A DNA stretch of 64,000 bases from IMG/VR virus record IMGVR_UViG_3300033064_000306, positions 937 to 64,936 of that record, one strand, 5' to 3'. Within the stretch, counting starts at the first letter, position 1, and each line of letters starts with the position of its first letter. A model generated the notes under the pieces. The model was not told the DNA's origin. It searched no databases and saw only the letters and a program-made list of their open reading frames with translations. The DNA comes from a virus (taxonomy: Duplodnaviria; Caudoviricetes). Positions 9,556 through 20,429 of the stretch are shown here, in pieces. The position numbers and the translations under genes were made by a program.

Positions 9556-11211
9556 ATGGGACTACATAATACTGCGCACTATTTAAAGACCAAAGGACGT
9601 GGCACAGACACAGAACTTGTCCATATGTCTCGTAATGAAATCAAGGGCTTACAACAACTAGCTATGGCTAATGGTGGTAGTCTAAGTATTAACCCTGATA
9701 CAGGCTTAGTTGAGGCTGGATTTCTAGAGCAAGTTCTTCCTGTTGTTGCCGCCGCTGCGGCTACTTACTTTACGGCTGGTGCTGCCGCTCCTGTGTTAGC
9801 TACATCCCTAGGTATTGGCGCAACTGCTTCTGGTATTCTGGCTGGTGCTGGTGCGGGCGCCCTTATTTCTGGTGGTACGGCTGCACTTCAAGGTAAAGAT
9901 GCGGGTAAAGCTGCTCTTTATGGCGGTATTGGTGGCGGTATTGCTGGTGGTATGGGTGCTTACGCTCCTACGGACGCTGCTGGAGCTGCCGCTGCAACTC
10001 AACAATCGGCTACAACTGCTGGTACGACATTAGGTACCGACGCTGGCACACAGACATTAGCTAATTCACCTCCTCCAGTCCCAACTCAAGCTGGTATACA
10101 ACAACAACTACTTAGTGCTCCTTCTCAAACAGGTGGTTTGACATCTTATCAACAGGCTTTGGGTTCATCTACGCAAACTACTCCCGCTAATGCAATGGAT
10201 TATTTTCAAAACGTAGGGACTCCAGCTAATACCCCAATGGGTATAACTGCTGGGCCAGGGGCACCTATGACACCAACCCCACAGCCGACTATATATAGTG
10301 GGTTAGGTGATATGCAAAAATTAATGGTTAACACATTACCTGCAGCTTATTTAGCGGAAGATAAACCATTTAATCCAGCTCCTGGTCAACAATATGACCC
10401 TAATAATCCTCAACGTTGGAAAATTTCTAGTGGTTTTCAAGGCTCTACTCCAGTACAACCTAATCCATATTACCAAGCAAATTATTCGGGCTACGCAGCT
10501 GGCGGTCCTATTGAGCAAATGAGTCAGCAAAACGCTATGGGTAATAATTATTATCCACAAGGACAACAAATACAAACTCAATTTGCTACGCCAACCCAAA
10601 TGCCTACTAGCGCAGAAGTAATAGGTTCTGGATACGAACCACAAATAAATACCTACACTGGCATGCCAACGGCTAGATTTGCAAATAGAGGTAAAGTAGA
10701 TTTATCTGATCTAGAAAAAATGTATGCTGCTAAAAGCGCATTGCCATTAGGCGATCCAATGATTGTTAGAGATGATGATCCTAATACTAGAAGTTTAAGC
10801 CCGTTTGAAGCTTCTCAGTACCGTATGAAAAAACTAGGTAAACGTACCGGAGTTGACGTAACCTCAAGCACTAAAAGTGGTATTAAAGACTTAGGCGGTG
10901 ATTTTTCTGATGTGGGCGCCTCTGGCGGTACAGCTTCTTTAGGTGGGTACTCAGATGGCGGTCGTATGCTTAAAGGTCCTGGTGATGGTATGTCTGATTC
11001 TATTCCTGCTTCAATTAGTGGAAAGCAACCTGCTCGTTTGGCTGATGGTGAATTTGTTGTCCCTGCTGATGTTGTCAGTCACCTAGGTAATGGCTCTACT
11101 GATGCTGGTGCAAAAAAACTATATAACATGATGGACAAAATTCGTAAAGCTAGGACCGGTAAAAAGAAACAAGCACCTGCTGTTAAAGTTGACAAGTTTA
11201 TGCCTACATGA
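9556..11211 (+). CDS. Internal virion / DNA ejection protein
   Basis: Ala/Gly-rich hydrophobic segments; C-terminal GPGDGMSDSIPA...LADGEFVVPADVV; position after the tail hub. Confidence 0.55.
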   Translation: MGLHNTAHYLKTKGRGTDTELVHMSRNEIKGLQQLAMANGGSLSINPDTGLVEAGFLEQVLPVVAAAAATYFTAGAAAPVLATSLGIGATASGILAGAGAGALISGGTAALQGKDAGKAALYGGIGGGIAGGMGAYAPTDAAGAAAATQQSATTAGTTLGTDAGTQTLANSPPPVPTQAGIQQQLLSAPSQTGGLTSYQQALGSSTQTTPANAMDYFQNVGTPANTPMGITAGPGAPMTPTPQPTIYSGLGDMQKLMVNTLPAAYLAEDKPFNPAPGQQYDPNNPQRWKISSGFQGSTPVQPNPYYQANYSGYAAGGPIEQMSQQNAMGNNYYPQGQQIQTQFATPTQMPTSAEVIGSGYEPQINTYTGMPTARFANRGKVDLSDLEKMYAAKSALPLGDPMIVRDDDPNTRSLSPFEASQYRMKKLGKRTGVDVTSSTKSGIKDLGGDFSDVGASGGTASLGGYSDGGRMLKGPGDGMSDSIPASISGKQPARLADGEFVVPADVVSHLGNGSTDAGAKKLYNMMDKIRKARTGKKKQAPAVKVDKFMPT

Positions 11212-11624
11212 CATTACAAGTTCAACCTGTACTTACGCAGTTTGTTAATCAGACCTGGGGTCAAGTTGAGCCGTTTATTAAAAGTGCAGAAAAAAAGTTT
11301 GGTAACGCTGAGTATACAACCGACCAAATTAAGGTATACCTAGTAACAGGGCAGTGGACATTATTAGTTATAGTAGATGAAAACAATGAAATACAAGGTG
11401 CAGTTACCGTAGTATTTATTAACTACCCTAATGATAGAGTTGCTTTTATTACGTCAATAGGTGGAAAATTAGTAACAAACCCTGACACTTTTGAACAGAT
11501 ATGTACAGTGTTTAAAGCTAATGGGGCAACAAAAATTCAAGGTATTGCTAAAGAAGCAGTAGCCCGATTGTGGAAACGTTTTGGCTTTGAAGAAAAAGCC
11601 ATTTTAGTGGAAGTTAAATTATGA
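11208..11624 (+). CDS. Possible GNAT-like virion assembly protein
   Basis: 138 aa ending ARLWKRFGF; lies between ejection genes as in other podoviruses. Confidence 0.4.
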   Translation: MTLQVQPVLTQFVNQTWGQVEPFIKSAEKKFGNAEYTTDQIKVYLVTGQWTLLVIVDENNEIQGAVTVVFINYPNDRVAFITSIGGKLVTNPDTFEQICTVFKANGATKIQGIAKEAVARLWKRFGFEEKAILVEVKL

Positions 11625-13933
11625 GCTTTTTAAAATCTAAACATAGTGGTTGGTTTGCCGACGGTACACGCACCCCATATTTTGGCGGTGGTGGTGGAGG
11701 TCCTTCACAAACTACTACTCAAACTTCTAATATTCCAGCTTATGCTGAACCATACGTTCAAAATATGCTTGGTGCTACACAAGCACAGTTATTTAATACA
11801 ACGCCCAATGCAGATACTGGTACTCCGGAAATTACTGGGTTTAAATCTTACCAACCTTATAGTACTGATGTAAACAATTATTTTGCAGGTCCTTCTCCTT
11901 TAATGCAACAGGCATATAGTGCCGCTGCAAACTTACGCACTCCAGAACAAATTGCTGCAGGTTCTAGATTAGCTGAACAAGGTGGTCAAGGGTTTTTAAG
12001 CACTACCCAACCTGCTGGTATGTATGGGCAAATGGGTGCTGGACTTGGATTACAGGCTTCTGGTGCTGGACAAGCATACGAACAAGCTGCTACTACTCCG
12101 GGCGATGTGGCTCGTTATATGTCGCCGTATATGCAAAACGTGGTTGATTATCAAAAATCTCAAGCATTACGTGACTATCAAATGGGTCAACCTATGATGG
12201 CTGCTAAAGCTGTTGGTCAAGGTGCATTTGGTGGTAACCGTCTTGCGTTACAACAATCTGAAGCCCAACGTGGTTTGATGTCTCAACTACAAGGTATTGA
12301 AGCTACTGGATCACAAAGAGCATTTGATGCTGCTCAACAAGCTCAACAATATAGAGCTAATCTTGGATTGCAAGGGTTGCAAAGTGGTATGCAAGGTGCG
12401 GGTGTTGGCTTACAGGGTGTTGGCGCACAACAAGCTGGGTACGGCGGTGCAACTAGCGCTGGTAGTGCTTTAGGTAATTTAGGTGGCCAACAATTAGGGG
12501 CACAAACAGGTATTATTAGCCTTCAAAATCAACTTGGATTACAACAACAACAGCAAGAGCAGCAAAAAATTAATCAAGGTATTTCTGATTACGCTACACA
12601 ACAACAGTATCCAATGTTGCAACTTGGCTTTATGTCCAACATGTTGCGTGGTTTACCAATGCAAGCCCAAACTACTCAAATGTATCAAGCCGCTCCTAGC
12701 ACTTTACAGCAAAGCATTGGTGGTTTAGGCGCTATAAGTAATTTATATGGCTCTGGCGCTATGAGTAGAAAAGAAGGTGGTGTTATTGGCTACAGGTATG
12801 GCGGAGCTATTTCTGGACCTAAACTTGAAAGCATGGCTGAAAAGCTAACCCCAGACCAACTTGAAGATAGACTAAAAGACCCTGAGCTAGATTCAGGTGA
12901 GCGTCAAGTTTTTGATGATGCTTTAAAAAATAAGGCAAAAGAAAAAGCACGATACGCCGGTATTGCTGCTGCTGGTGGAGGAATGTTTGATTCTCAAGGG
13001 TACGCAGGTGGTGGTATTCTTGCATTTGCCAATGAGGGTGAAGTTAAAGAGCCAGAAAAACCAGTTAAACAAAAACCACAAACTATGGCTGAGTTTACTG
13101 CCTTGCAACAGTCATTGGGACCACAAGGTGTTCTTGGTACTGACTATGAAACTGCAAGCAAAGCACGTAGCGGGGATGAAAAACGTTTAAAACGTGCAGA
13201 AGATTTACTTGCCGCTAAAGCATGGGCTGAGTTTGGTTCTACTTACTCTCCTGGTGGTATGGGTCAATCAGCACTTAAAGCTACTGCTAGTTATGCTGAA
13301 GGTTATGGCAAGTTACAAGACGCTGAAGAAGCCCTTAAAGCCGAGTCGGTTAAAAACTTATATAACCTTGAAGTGGCTCGCCGTGCCGAGAAAACAGGTA
13401 ACGTTAAATTGGCTTCTGAATCTTATAATAAGTTCCAAGAAGGTGAGAACCGTATTCGAGCTGCACAGATTGGCGCTGCCGGTGCAAATGCCGCAGTTAA
13501 CTTAAAGCAACAAGAAAAAGCAGCTATTAAAGCCGATCTTGCTAAACAGCTGGGTAGAGAGCCTACAACAATTGAAGTTCTTGGTGCTTACGCTAAAGCT
13601 ACTTCAGTTGCAGATGATTCTATGGATGCACGTCTTCGTATTGCCGCTAACTCTGCGTACCAGAAATGGGAAGCTACAGCTATGTTTGATCCTAAATTTG
13701 CTGAACTTAATAAGAAAGCACGTAAAGGCGATAAAGATGCTATTGCTGAACTTGACCGTCTTAAAGCTACTAAGAAACAAGAAATCTATGGCGAACTTGC
13801 AGGTACAGTTCCAGCTCAAGCTCAAGCACCTACTCCACCGGTTATGGCACCAGATAAAGATGGTAATATTCCAATACCCGGAAAAGGCATGTTTAAACAA
13901 CTTCCTAATGGCAACTACGTAAAAGTAGGTTAA
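11621..13933 (+). CDS. Internal virion / DNA ejection protein
   Basis: Gln/Gly/Ala-rich helical protein of 770 aa in the ejection module. Confidence 0.55.
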   Translation: MSFLKSKHSGWFADGTRTPYFGGGGGGPSQTTTQTSNIPAYAEPYVQNMLGATQAQLFNTTPNADTGTPEITGFKSYQPYSTDVNNYFAGPSPLMQQAYSAAANLRTPEQIAAGSRLAEQGGQGFLSTTQPAGMYGQMGAGLGLQASGAGQAYEQAATTPGDVARYMSPYMQNVVDYQKSQALRDYQMGQPMMAAKAVGQGAFGGNRLALQQSEAQRGLMSQLQGIEATGSQRAFDAAQQAQQYRANLGLQGLQSGMQGAGVGLQGVGAQQAGYGGATSAGSALGNLGGQQLGAQTGIISLQNQLGLQQQQQEQQKINQGISDYATQQQYPMLQLGFMSNMLRGLPMQAQTTQMYQAAPSTLQQSIGGLGAISNLYGSGAMSRKEGGVIGYRYGGAISGPKLESMAEKLTPDQLEDRLKDPELDSGERQVFDDALKNKAKEKARYAGIAAAGGGMFDSQGYAGGGILAFANEGEVKEPEKPVKQKPQTMAEFTALQQSLGPQGVLGTDYETASKARSGDEKRLKRAEDLLAAKAWAEFGSTYSPGGMGQSALKATASYAEGYGKLQDAEEALKAESVKNLYNLEVARRAEKTGNVKLASESYNKFQEGENRIRAAQIGAAGANAAVNLKQQEKAAIKADLAKQLGREPTTIEVLGAYAKATSVADDSMDARLRIAANSAYQKWEATAMFDPKFAELNKKARKGDKDAIAELDRLKATKKQEIYGELAGTVPAQAQAPTPPVMAPDKDGNIPIPGKGMFKQLPNGNYVKVG

Positions 13934-13936
13934 TAC

Positions 13937-16900
13937 ATGGCTCGTGAATATACGGCAGAAGAGTTAGGCTTAGCACCTAAACAACGAGAGTACACGGCCG
14001 AAGAGCTTGGATTGTCATCAGGTCAACGAGAGTTTACTGCCGCTGAGCTTGGCTTAGAACAAGAGCCGTCCAAAGATACTGGCATTATGAGCATGATGGG
14101 TCGTGGACTCATACGTGGCGCTAAGCAAACAGGTTCAGCTTTATTTGACGTATTACCAGCCATGGCAGCTAGTGCAGTTGGTGCTGATGAGTATGCTAAG
14201 AAGCAGATGGAAGAAGCTGCTGCTACCCAAAAAGAAATTGAGCAAAAATACGGTGCTAGGTATAAATCCCTAGAGGACGTTAAAGGTCCTGGTGACTACA
14301 TACCGTTTGCTTTAGAAACAATGGCGGAGCAAGGTACTAATATAGCTACGGCTTTAATACCAGGTGTTGGTGGTGGAGCATTGGCTGCTAGAGGTGCTGT
14401 AGGGCTAGCCGCTAAAGAAGCTGCTAAACGAGTTGCTATTGGTCAGGGTGCAGGTACATACCTTGGTTCTTATGCTCTTAATGCCCCTGAGATATTTCAA
14501 AATATTTACGAGGAAACTGGCGGTAAAATGGAGCCCGCCGCAGCTCTTTTAGCTGGCTCAGTGTCGGCTGCATTAGATTCCGTATTGCCCACTGTTCTTC
14601 TTAATAAATTAACTCCTGGAGTAAAAGCGGGAGTTGTAGAACGTTTACTGGAAAAATCCGGTATGCCATCTGATATAGCTAGAAAAGTTATTGGTGGCGC
14701 AGTTACAGGTGCAGTAGTAGAAGGCCCTACTGAAGCCGCTCAAGAAGCTATTAGTATTGCCGCTGAAAAGATTATGCAAGATAACCCTACCATATGGGGT
14801 AGCAAAGAGTTTAATCGTTTGATTGAGTCTGGTGTACGTGGAGCTGTCGGAGGAGGCGGCTTTGGTGTTATTGGTGGTGCAGGACAAGCATATGTCCAAG
14901 GCAGAGATCAGCGCAAACTTAACGATGAAATTAAAACTGTATTTAAAGAAGATTTTGAAGCTGTTAACAAACGAGCTGCTACTGAAGAAGAAACAAATAA
15001 GTTCTTAGGCGCTATTGATAAAGCCCGTGAAGCTGAACAAACTGAGGAGATAAAGACTAATGAACCCGCTAGAATTGACACCGGAGTTAGTGGAGCAAGC
15101 GTTTCGTTACCTGGAGAGCAGGGAGGCGGACAAGATCGAATTGCCGCTGGAACTGAAGACATTACCCAGGGAAGCATGGATGGACTTGGTGAACCTGCTG
15201 CAGCAATTACAGCTGGAAAAACGGATGAGCCAAGTGCATTAGATCAAAAAACATATTCCGAACTGCTTGAGATCAAAAAGAACTATGATATTGAGCAACA
15301 ATCTATGTTGTACAAAAACGGTAACTTACCTAGAACAGGTACTAAACGCCGTGAAGAATATGATGCACTGCAAACTCGTATTGCTGACTTAGACGCACGT
15401 CTAAAAACTGCCCCTGGAAGTACAACACAATATAGCGAAGCCGACTTAGCTGAGATAAAGCGTAGGGAAAATGTTGCCCAAGAAGAAACTCGCTTGCGTG
15501 AAGTAGAAAGCTCGTTAAAGTATTTTGAACCAGAAGGTGTATCAAAAGGTTACTTTGGTCCTGGTCCTATGTCTCGCAGCAAAATCATAATGATGCCAAT
15601 TGATGATTTTCTTGGGTTGGTTAAAAATGAACCAGAAACTAAAAGCAAACAAGAAAACGTAGATAAATTAGTTGCTGAGGGAACTCCTTTTAGCAGCATT
15701 CCGTACTTGATGCTTGAGGATAATGTAGAACCTGGTGTATCTAAAGTAGTAGGGCATGAAGGTAGACATCGTGCAAGGGCATTAAAAAAAGCTGGTGTCA
15801 AGGAATTACCTATAGAAATACGCAGCGATAGCATTAGATGGTCAGAACAAGATGACCCTGACAATAAAGACTACGAAAAGAGCTGGCCTACACAGTTAAT
15901 TAGCGAAAATTCAAAGTACCCAACACATGATTACCCAATCTCTAGGGACATAGCAACTAAAAAAGGTTTAGCTTGGTCTAAAGAATCGCCAGGTACAAAA
16001 CCTGCTACTGCAGAGGTGTCTAAAAAAGAGGCAAAGAAAACAACTAAACCTAGAGCACCACGCAAACCTAAGACTAAAGTTGAGATTGATGAGTTTATTG
16101 ACGACATTGAATACAACCCAGAGCGCTTATCTAAAGAAGATCTAGATAACTTATTTGCTGACCCAAAAGCAGCTAAAGACGAAAACACTAGCCCTAAAGC
16201 TGACCAAGTACCTTTAACTGACCCGCTATGGAAAACTGCGCACCCAACAGTATTACGTGCTATTAGTGCAAATGATATTACTGGCGCCCTTAAAGCCTTA
16301 AAAACTACTGCAGGTAACTTCATATCTTCTTTTGCCGATAGGTTATTGGGCTTAGGCCTAACTACTCAAATGGGTTGGGACGATGTCCATGTTGACTTGG
16401 CAATGAAAAGCCTATCTAAAGTCGACGGACAAAAGAATCGCATGCTTAATTGGATTAAGCAGGTATTTCCAGAAGTATATAACAATAAATTTGATGCAAC
16501 AAACATGAAGTATCCAGTTTATGATACGTTGCAATCATTTAAGGAACTACGTGACGGCAAATTAGGCATCCCAGCTGAAATGTTTAAAGCTGATTTAGAA
16601 GATGTAATTTATACTTACGAACGTACTATTGTTTCTCTTAATGCTCCTGGTACTTATTTTACTAAATACAACGCAATTGGACTTAGTCTAGAAAAAGGTG
16701 GTACATCTACCTATGTTGTTACCCATGAATTAACACACGCTGCAACGCACTGGGCTATTAATAACCCAGAAAAGCTAAACAAAGAACAACAAATAGCCCT
16801 AGGTAAACTACAAGGGCTGTACGAATTTGCCAAGCTGCGCACAAAGAATCCTGGTCAATACGGATATAACAACCTACATGAGTTTGTAGCAGAAGCATTT

Positions 16901-19900
16901 AGCCGACCAGAATTCCAAAAAGAATTGCGTAGCATGAAGGCTGGGATAGAGACTAACATGTCTGCCTGGTCTAAGTTTATCCAGTTAGTCGCTCGTTTGT
17001 TTGGTATTGACAACGTGTTGTTCCACACACTATCGAACGCCGACATTCTATTCTCTGCACGTAGTGGTGGCAAAGTTACTAACGGCCCGGACTTGTTATG
17101 GTCACCATCTAGGTATGACGTTAAAGACGGTAAGTTTGTGCTTAACCCAGGTGAACGCTTTAAGGTAGTAGATAACCTAGTTAAAAATCGTACTAATTGG
17201 AAAAACGTTGATAAGAATAACGTTAAGAAGTTCTTTGGTAGCGTAGGTAACCAATACCGTCGGTACCTATTGGGTGCGTTAACTATTGACCAGATGGCTG
17301 ATATATACGGCACTAACATGCCACAGCTTAAAGAGTACGCAAAAGAAGTAGATGCCATGATTGCTACTCGTAACGCCATTCTTACTGAGGGTGATCCCAT
17401 TATTACCTCATGGGCTAACTTGCTTGATACTAACCCTAAAAAGGCTGAGCAGCTTGGCATAGTAATGATTGAGGCTACGCTTAAAAAGAATGACCCTGAT
17501 TCTAAAGGTCTTGGACATGATGCTAAAGCATACGCTACCGACGACAGCCTCAAAAAAGCATGGAACGAATTAACGTCAGGTAAAGATGGCGATACAGCGG
17601 TAAAAATCTACCGTGAGGTACGTGACTTCTATGAAAAACGCATGAAAGAATACATACGTGTACAGCTTGAGCGCATTGAAGAGTATGGTCACATTAAAGG
17701 GTTAACCCAAAAAGAAATTGATAGCCGTCTACTTAAGTTCAAAAAAGATATAGAAGAAAAGACTATCCGTCCATACTTTCCAATCAAACGTTTTGGTGAT
17801 TACTTCCTAATGGTTGGCAAAGGTAAAAGCAAAATCTTTATGCAGTTTGAAGATGCCTATGCACGTGATGATGAAATGGAACGCCAAAAAACTAAGTTAT
17901 TGAAGACTGGTTTAAGCAATGCCGATGCCCAAGGGTTACTGTGGCCTGGTCAAGGGTTTAACGAGGTACTAAATCAAAAGCTAAGTGATGTAACTCAGCT
18001 AAATAAGATCAATGAAATGATCGATGAAACTACTGAAGGCATCCTAAAGAGCACTGATCCTAATGTTCAAAATGACCAAGTAGCTGCATTACAGGCTGAG
18101 CTTAAAGATCAGTTTGGTCAGTACTATTTAGAAATGCTTCCATCTGAAAGTATTAAGAAGATGTTTTTGCACCGTGAAAATGTAGCAGGTCCTAGCCAAG
18201 ATATGCTTCGTGCTTTTGCTACGTCTAGAGAGCGTATTGCTTATCAACGTGCTCGTTTTCAACATATGCCACAGCTATTTAATACGGTTGAAGCGGCTAA
18301 GCTACGTTCTAAAACTATGCCAACTACAGAAGAAAAAGCTGTTTATGGTGATGTAGCTAACGAACTTGCTAAAAACTTTAAAGGCGCAGTGCTTGAACCA
18401 CCTAAGCAAAGTCGTTTAACTACATACTTAACCCACTTTGGTTTTTTAAACTTCTTAACAGCCCCCGCATCAGCAGTGGTTAACATGATGGCTATACCGG
18501 CAATCTATACACCTGTAGCTGGTGCACGTTATGGATATGGAAATGTAGGTAAGGCTTTGGCTAAATACACCCGCATGCTGGGTGGTACAGGCTATGAAAA
18601 CAAGTCTAACGGTCGGTATGAGTTCCTGTCATTGGCACGCTCTAAACTAAATGAAATGCCGTTGCTGGATAAAACAGGTAAACCAGTATTTAAAACTGAC
18701 CCAGATGGTAATAAAGTAGCTGTAACTATGGCTGATGTATACCAGCATGGGGTTAACCGTAATGTTATTGATACAACCCTTACCCATGATTCAGTAAGTA
18801 TTGGTGAGCATCCATCCCAAGACTACACAGGTAGATGGCAGAAGTTTATGTACTACGCTAGCTTGCCATTCCACGCAGCCGAGAAGTTTAACCGTGAAGT
18901 TACCTTTATGTCGTCCTTTGACTTGGCTTACGATAGCTTTATTAAAAAGGGTTACACAGGTGAAAAAGCTTATACCGCTGCATTAGATGCTGCTCGTGAC
19001 CTAACTCAAGAAACAATGTTTAACTACAACACTACTAACAAACCACGCTATTTCCGTGGGGACTTAATAAACGTATTGCTGCAATTTAAAATGTATCCAC
19101 AGCATATGTCAGTGTTACTAGGTCGCACCTTCTACAAGAGTATTAATCAAAATGAAAAGCGTGAGCTTGACTATATCCGTGAGCAATTAAAGAACGCACC
19201 TCCAGAAGAGCTTGAAAAGGCTTTGGCTGCTAAGAAAGTTGAGCTAGCTGATATGAAACAGGAAGCAACTAAGGCTTTCTGGGGCATGATGGGAATGTCC
19301 TTCCTGTCGGCTGGTGCTACTGGCTTACCAATTTGGTTTGTGTTTTCAGGAGTTATGTCTGCGTTCCAAGCCGCATTTGGTGATGACGATGAGCCTTTTG
19401 ATGTAGAGAACTGGTTCAAAAATTGGTGTAATGACACCTTCGGTGGTTTTATTGGGGACACTATCTCCCGTGGATTGGTATCACAAGCTACTGGAATGAA
19501 CTTTGCCGACCGTATGAACATGAACTTAACTGACATGTGGTTCCCTGATGTTCGTAAGAGCCAGGATGAAGTCGACTATATGCAGAACATGTTTATTAAC
19601 CTTATGGGACCTAGTGCTGGAGCACTCCTTGTTAACTACCCAGAAGCTATCAAACGATTTAATGATGGATATACCCAACGTGCATTTGAAGCTATGATGC
19701 CAGCTGCTATTAAGAACGCTATGGTTGGTATACGTTATCTAACTGAAGGCGAAGCCAAGAGCATTAAAGGTAATACTATATTAGAAGATGTTAGCCCACG
19801 TGAAGCATTATCACAAATGCTTGGCTTCTCTCCAGAGCGTGTAGCACAGAAACAAAAAGCTACTATTGAGATGAAAAACGCTAATGAGACAATTAAGAAT

Positions 19901-20155
19901 CGCCATACCGACTTGCTAAACGCCTTCTTTATTGCACTAGATAATGGAGATGATGACATGCTTGAACGGGTAACTGACAAGATGATTAACTTTAGCCAGA
20001 CTAACCCAGCACTTGCGTTTAACGGCGACACCATTATGAAGTCTGTAACCAAACGTTACAAAGATAGAGCTATGGCTAATATCACAGGTGGTATGGGCAT
20101 TGATAAGAAACTAATGCCGCAGTTAATAGACATGCTTGATTACGGCGAAGAATAA
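13937..20155 (+). CDS. Large polyvalent ejection protein with ParB-like and zincin metallopeptidase domains
   Basis: 2072 aa; GHEGRHR (about 15752); HELTH...HEFVAE (about 16724); last gene of the late arm. Confidence 0.65.
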   Translation: MAREYTAEELGLAPKQREYTAEELGLSSGQREFTAAELGLEQEPSKDTGIMSMMGRGLIRGAKQTGSALFDVLPAMAASAVGADEYAKKQMEEAAATQKEIEQKYGARYKSLEDVKGPGDYIPFALETMAEQGTNIATALIPGVGGGALAARGAVGLAAKEAAKRVAIGQGAGTYLGSYALNAPEIFQNIYEETGGKMEPAAALLAGSVSAALDSVLPTVLLNKLTPGVKAGVVERLLEKSGMPSDIARKVIGGAVTGAVVEGPTEAAQEAISIAAEKIMQDNPTIWGSKEFNRLIESGVRGAVGGGGFGVIGGAGQAYVQGRDQRKLNDEIKTVFKEDFEAVNKRAATEEETNKFLGAIDKAREAEQTEEIKTNEPARIDTGVSGASVSLPGEQGGGQDRIAAGTEDITQGSMDGLGEPAAAITAGKTDEPSALDQKTYSELLEIKKNYDIEQQSMLYKNGNLPRTGTKRREEYDALQTRIADLDARLKTAPGSTTQYSEADLAEIKRRENVAQEETRLREVESSLKYFEPEGVSKGYFGPGPMSRSKIIMMPIDDFLGLVKNEPETKSKQENVDKLVAEGTPFSSIPYLMLEDNVEPGVSKVVGHEGRHRARALKKAGVKELPIEIRSDSIRWSEQDDPDNKDYEKSWPTQLISENSKYPTHDYPISRDIATKKGLAWSKESPGTKPATAEVSKKEAKKTTKPRAPRKPKTKVEIDEFIDDIEYNPERLSKEDLDNLFADPKAAKDENTSPKADQVPLTDPLWKTAHPTVLRAISANDITGALKALKTTAGNFISSFADRLLGLGLTTQMGWDDVHVDLAMKSLSKVDGQKNRMLNWIKQVFPEVYNNKFDATNMKYPVYDTLQSFKELRDGKLGIPAEMFKADLEDVIYTYERTIVSLNAPGTYFTKYNAIGLSLEKGGTSTYVVTHELTHAATHWAINNPEKLNKEQQIALGKLQGLYEFAKLRTKNPGQYGYNNLHEFVAEAFSRPEFQKELRSMKAGIETNMSAWSKFIQLVARLFGIDNVLFHTLSNADILFSARSGGKVTNGPDLLWSPSRYDVKDGKFVLNPGERFKVVDNLVKNRTNWKNVDKNNVKKFFGSVGNQYRRYLLGALTIDQMADIYGTNMPQLKEYAKEVDAMIATRNAILTEGDPIITSWANLLDTNPKKAEQLGIVMIEATLKKNDPDSKGLGHDAKAYATDDSLKKAWNELTSGKDGDTAVKIYREVRDFYEKRMKEYIRVQLERIEEYGHIKGLTQKEIDSRLLKFKKDIEEKTIRPYFPIKRFGDYFLMVGKGKSKIFMQFEDAYARDDEMERQKTKLLKTGLSNADAQGLLWPGQGFNEVLNQKLSDVTQLNKINEMIDETTEGILKSTDPNVQNDQVAALQAELKDQFGQYYLEMLPSESIKKMFLHRENVAGPSQDMLRAFATSRERIAYQRARFQHMPQLFNTVEAAKLRSKTMPTTEEKAVYGDVANELAKNFKGAVLEPPKQSRLTTYLTHFGFLNFLTAPASAVVNMMAIPAIYTPVAGARYGYGNVGKALAKYTRMLGGTGYENKSNGRYEFLSLARSKLNEMPLLDKTGKPVFKTDPDGNKVAVTMADVYQHGVNRNVIDTTLTHDSVSIGEHPSQDYTGRWQKFMYYASLPFHAAEKFNREVTFMSSFDLAYDSFIKKGYTGEKAYTAALDAARDLTQETMFNYNTTNKPRYFRGDLINVLLQFKMYPQHMSVLLGRTFYKSINQNEKRELDYIREQLKNAPPEELEKALAAKKVELADMKQEATKAFWGMMGMSFLSAGATGLPIWFVFSGVMSAFQAAFGDDDEPFDVENWFKNWCNDTFGGFIGDTISRGLVSQATGMNFADRMNMNLTDMWFPDVRKSQDEVDYMQNMFINLMGPSAGALLVNYPEAIKRFNDGYTQRAFEAMMPAAIKNAMVGIRYLTEGEAKSIKGNTILEDVSPREALSQMLGFSPERVAQKQKATIEMKNANETIKNRHTDLLNAFFIALDNGDDDMLERVTDKMINFSQTNPALAFNGDTIMKSVTKRYKDRAMANITGGMGIDKKLMPQLIDMLDYGEE

Positions 20156-20179
20156 AAAAGACCCCGCCGAAACGGGGCC
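20154..20179 (-). terminator. Intrinsic terminator at the convergence of the two arms
   Basis: Minus strand GGCCCCGT-TTCG-GCGGGGTC-TTTTTT. Confidence 0.8.
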
Positions 20180-20231
20180 AAGAGGTCACTAACAAGGAAA
20201 GTAGCTAAACAAAGCCTACAGACCAATAATA

Positions 20232-20429
20232 CTACCTAATCCTCCATACACGCAACCCAAGTATCCCTTTATCTATAACGGTCTGCGTTTTTATCTTGTA
20301 ACCTAACCTTTTGGTGGTCCTCTTAATCTGTGGAATCATTGCATCAGGATCCAAAGACGGGATAAAGAAAGAAGAACCAACCACAAAGTTACGCCAATTA
20401 ACTCTAAAGTTTAGCCCGTGGATCAACAT
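20232..20429 (-). CDS. Small hypothetical protein
   Basis: VGSSFFIP...GLRVWR; overlaps the primase stop. Confidence 0.55.
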   Translation of the reverse strand: MLIHGLNFRVNWRNFVVGSSFFIPSLDPDAMIPQIKRTTKRLGYKIKTQTVIDKGILGLRVWRIR

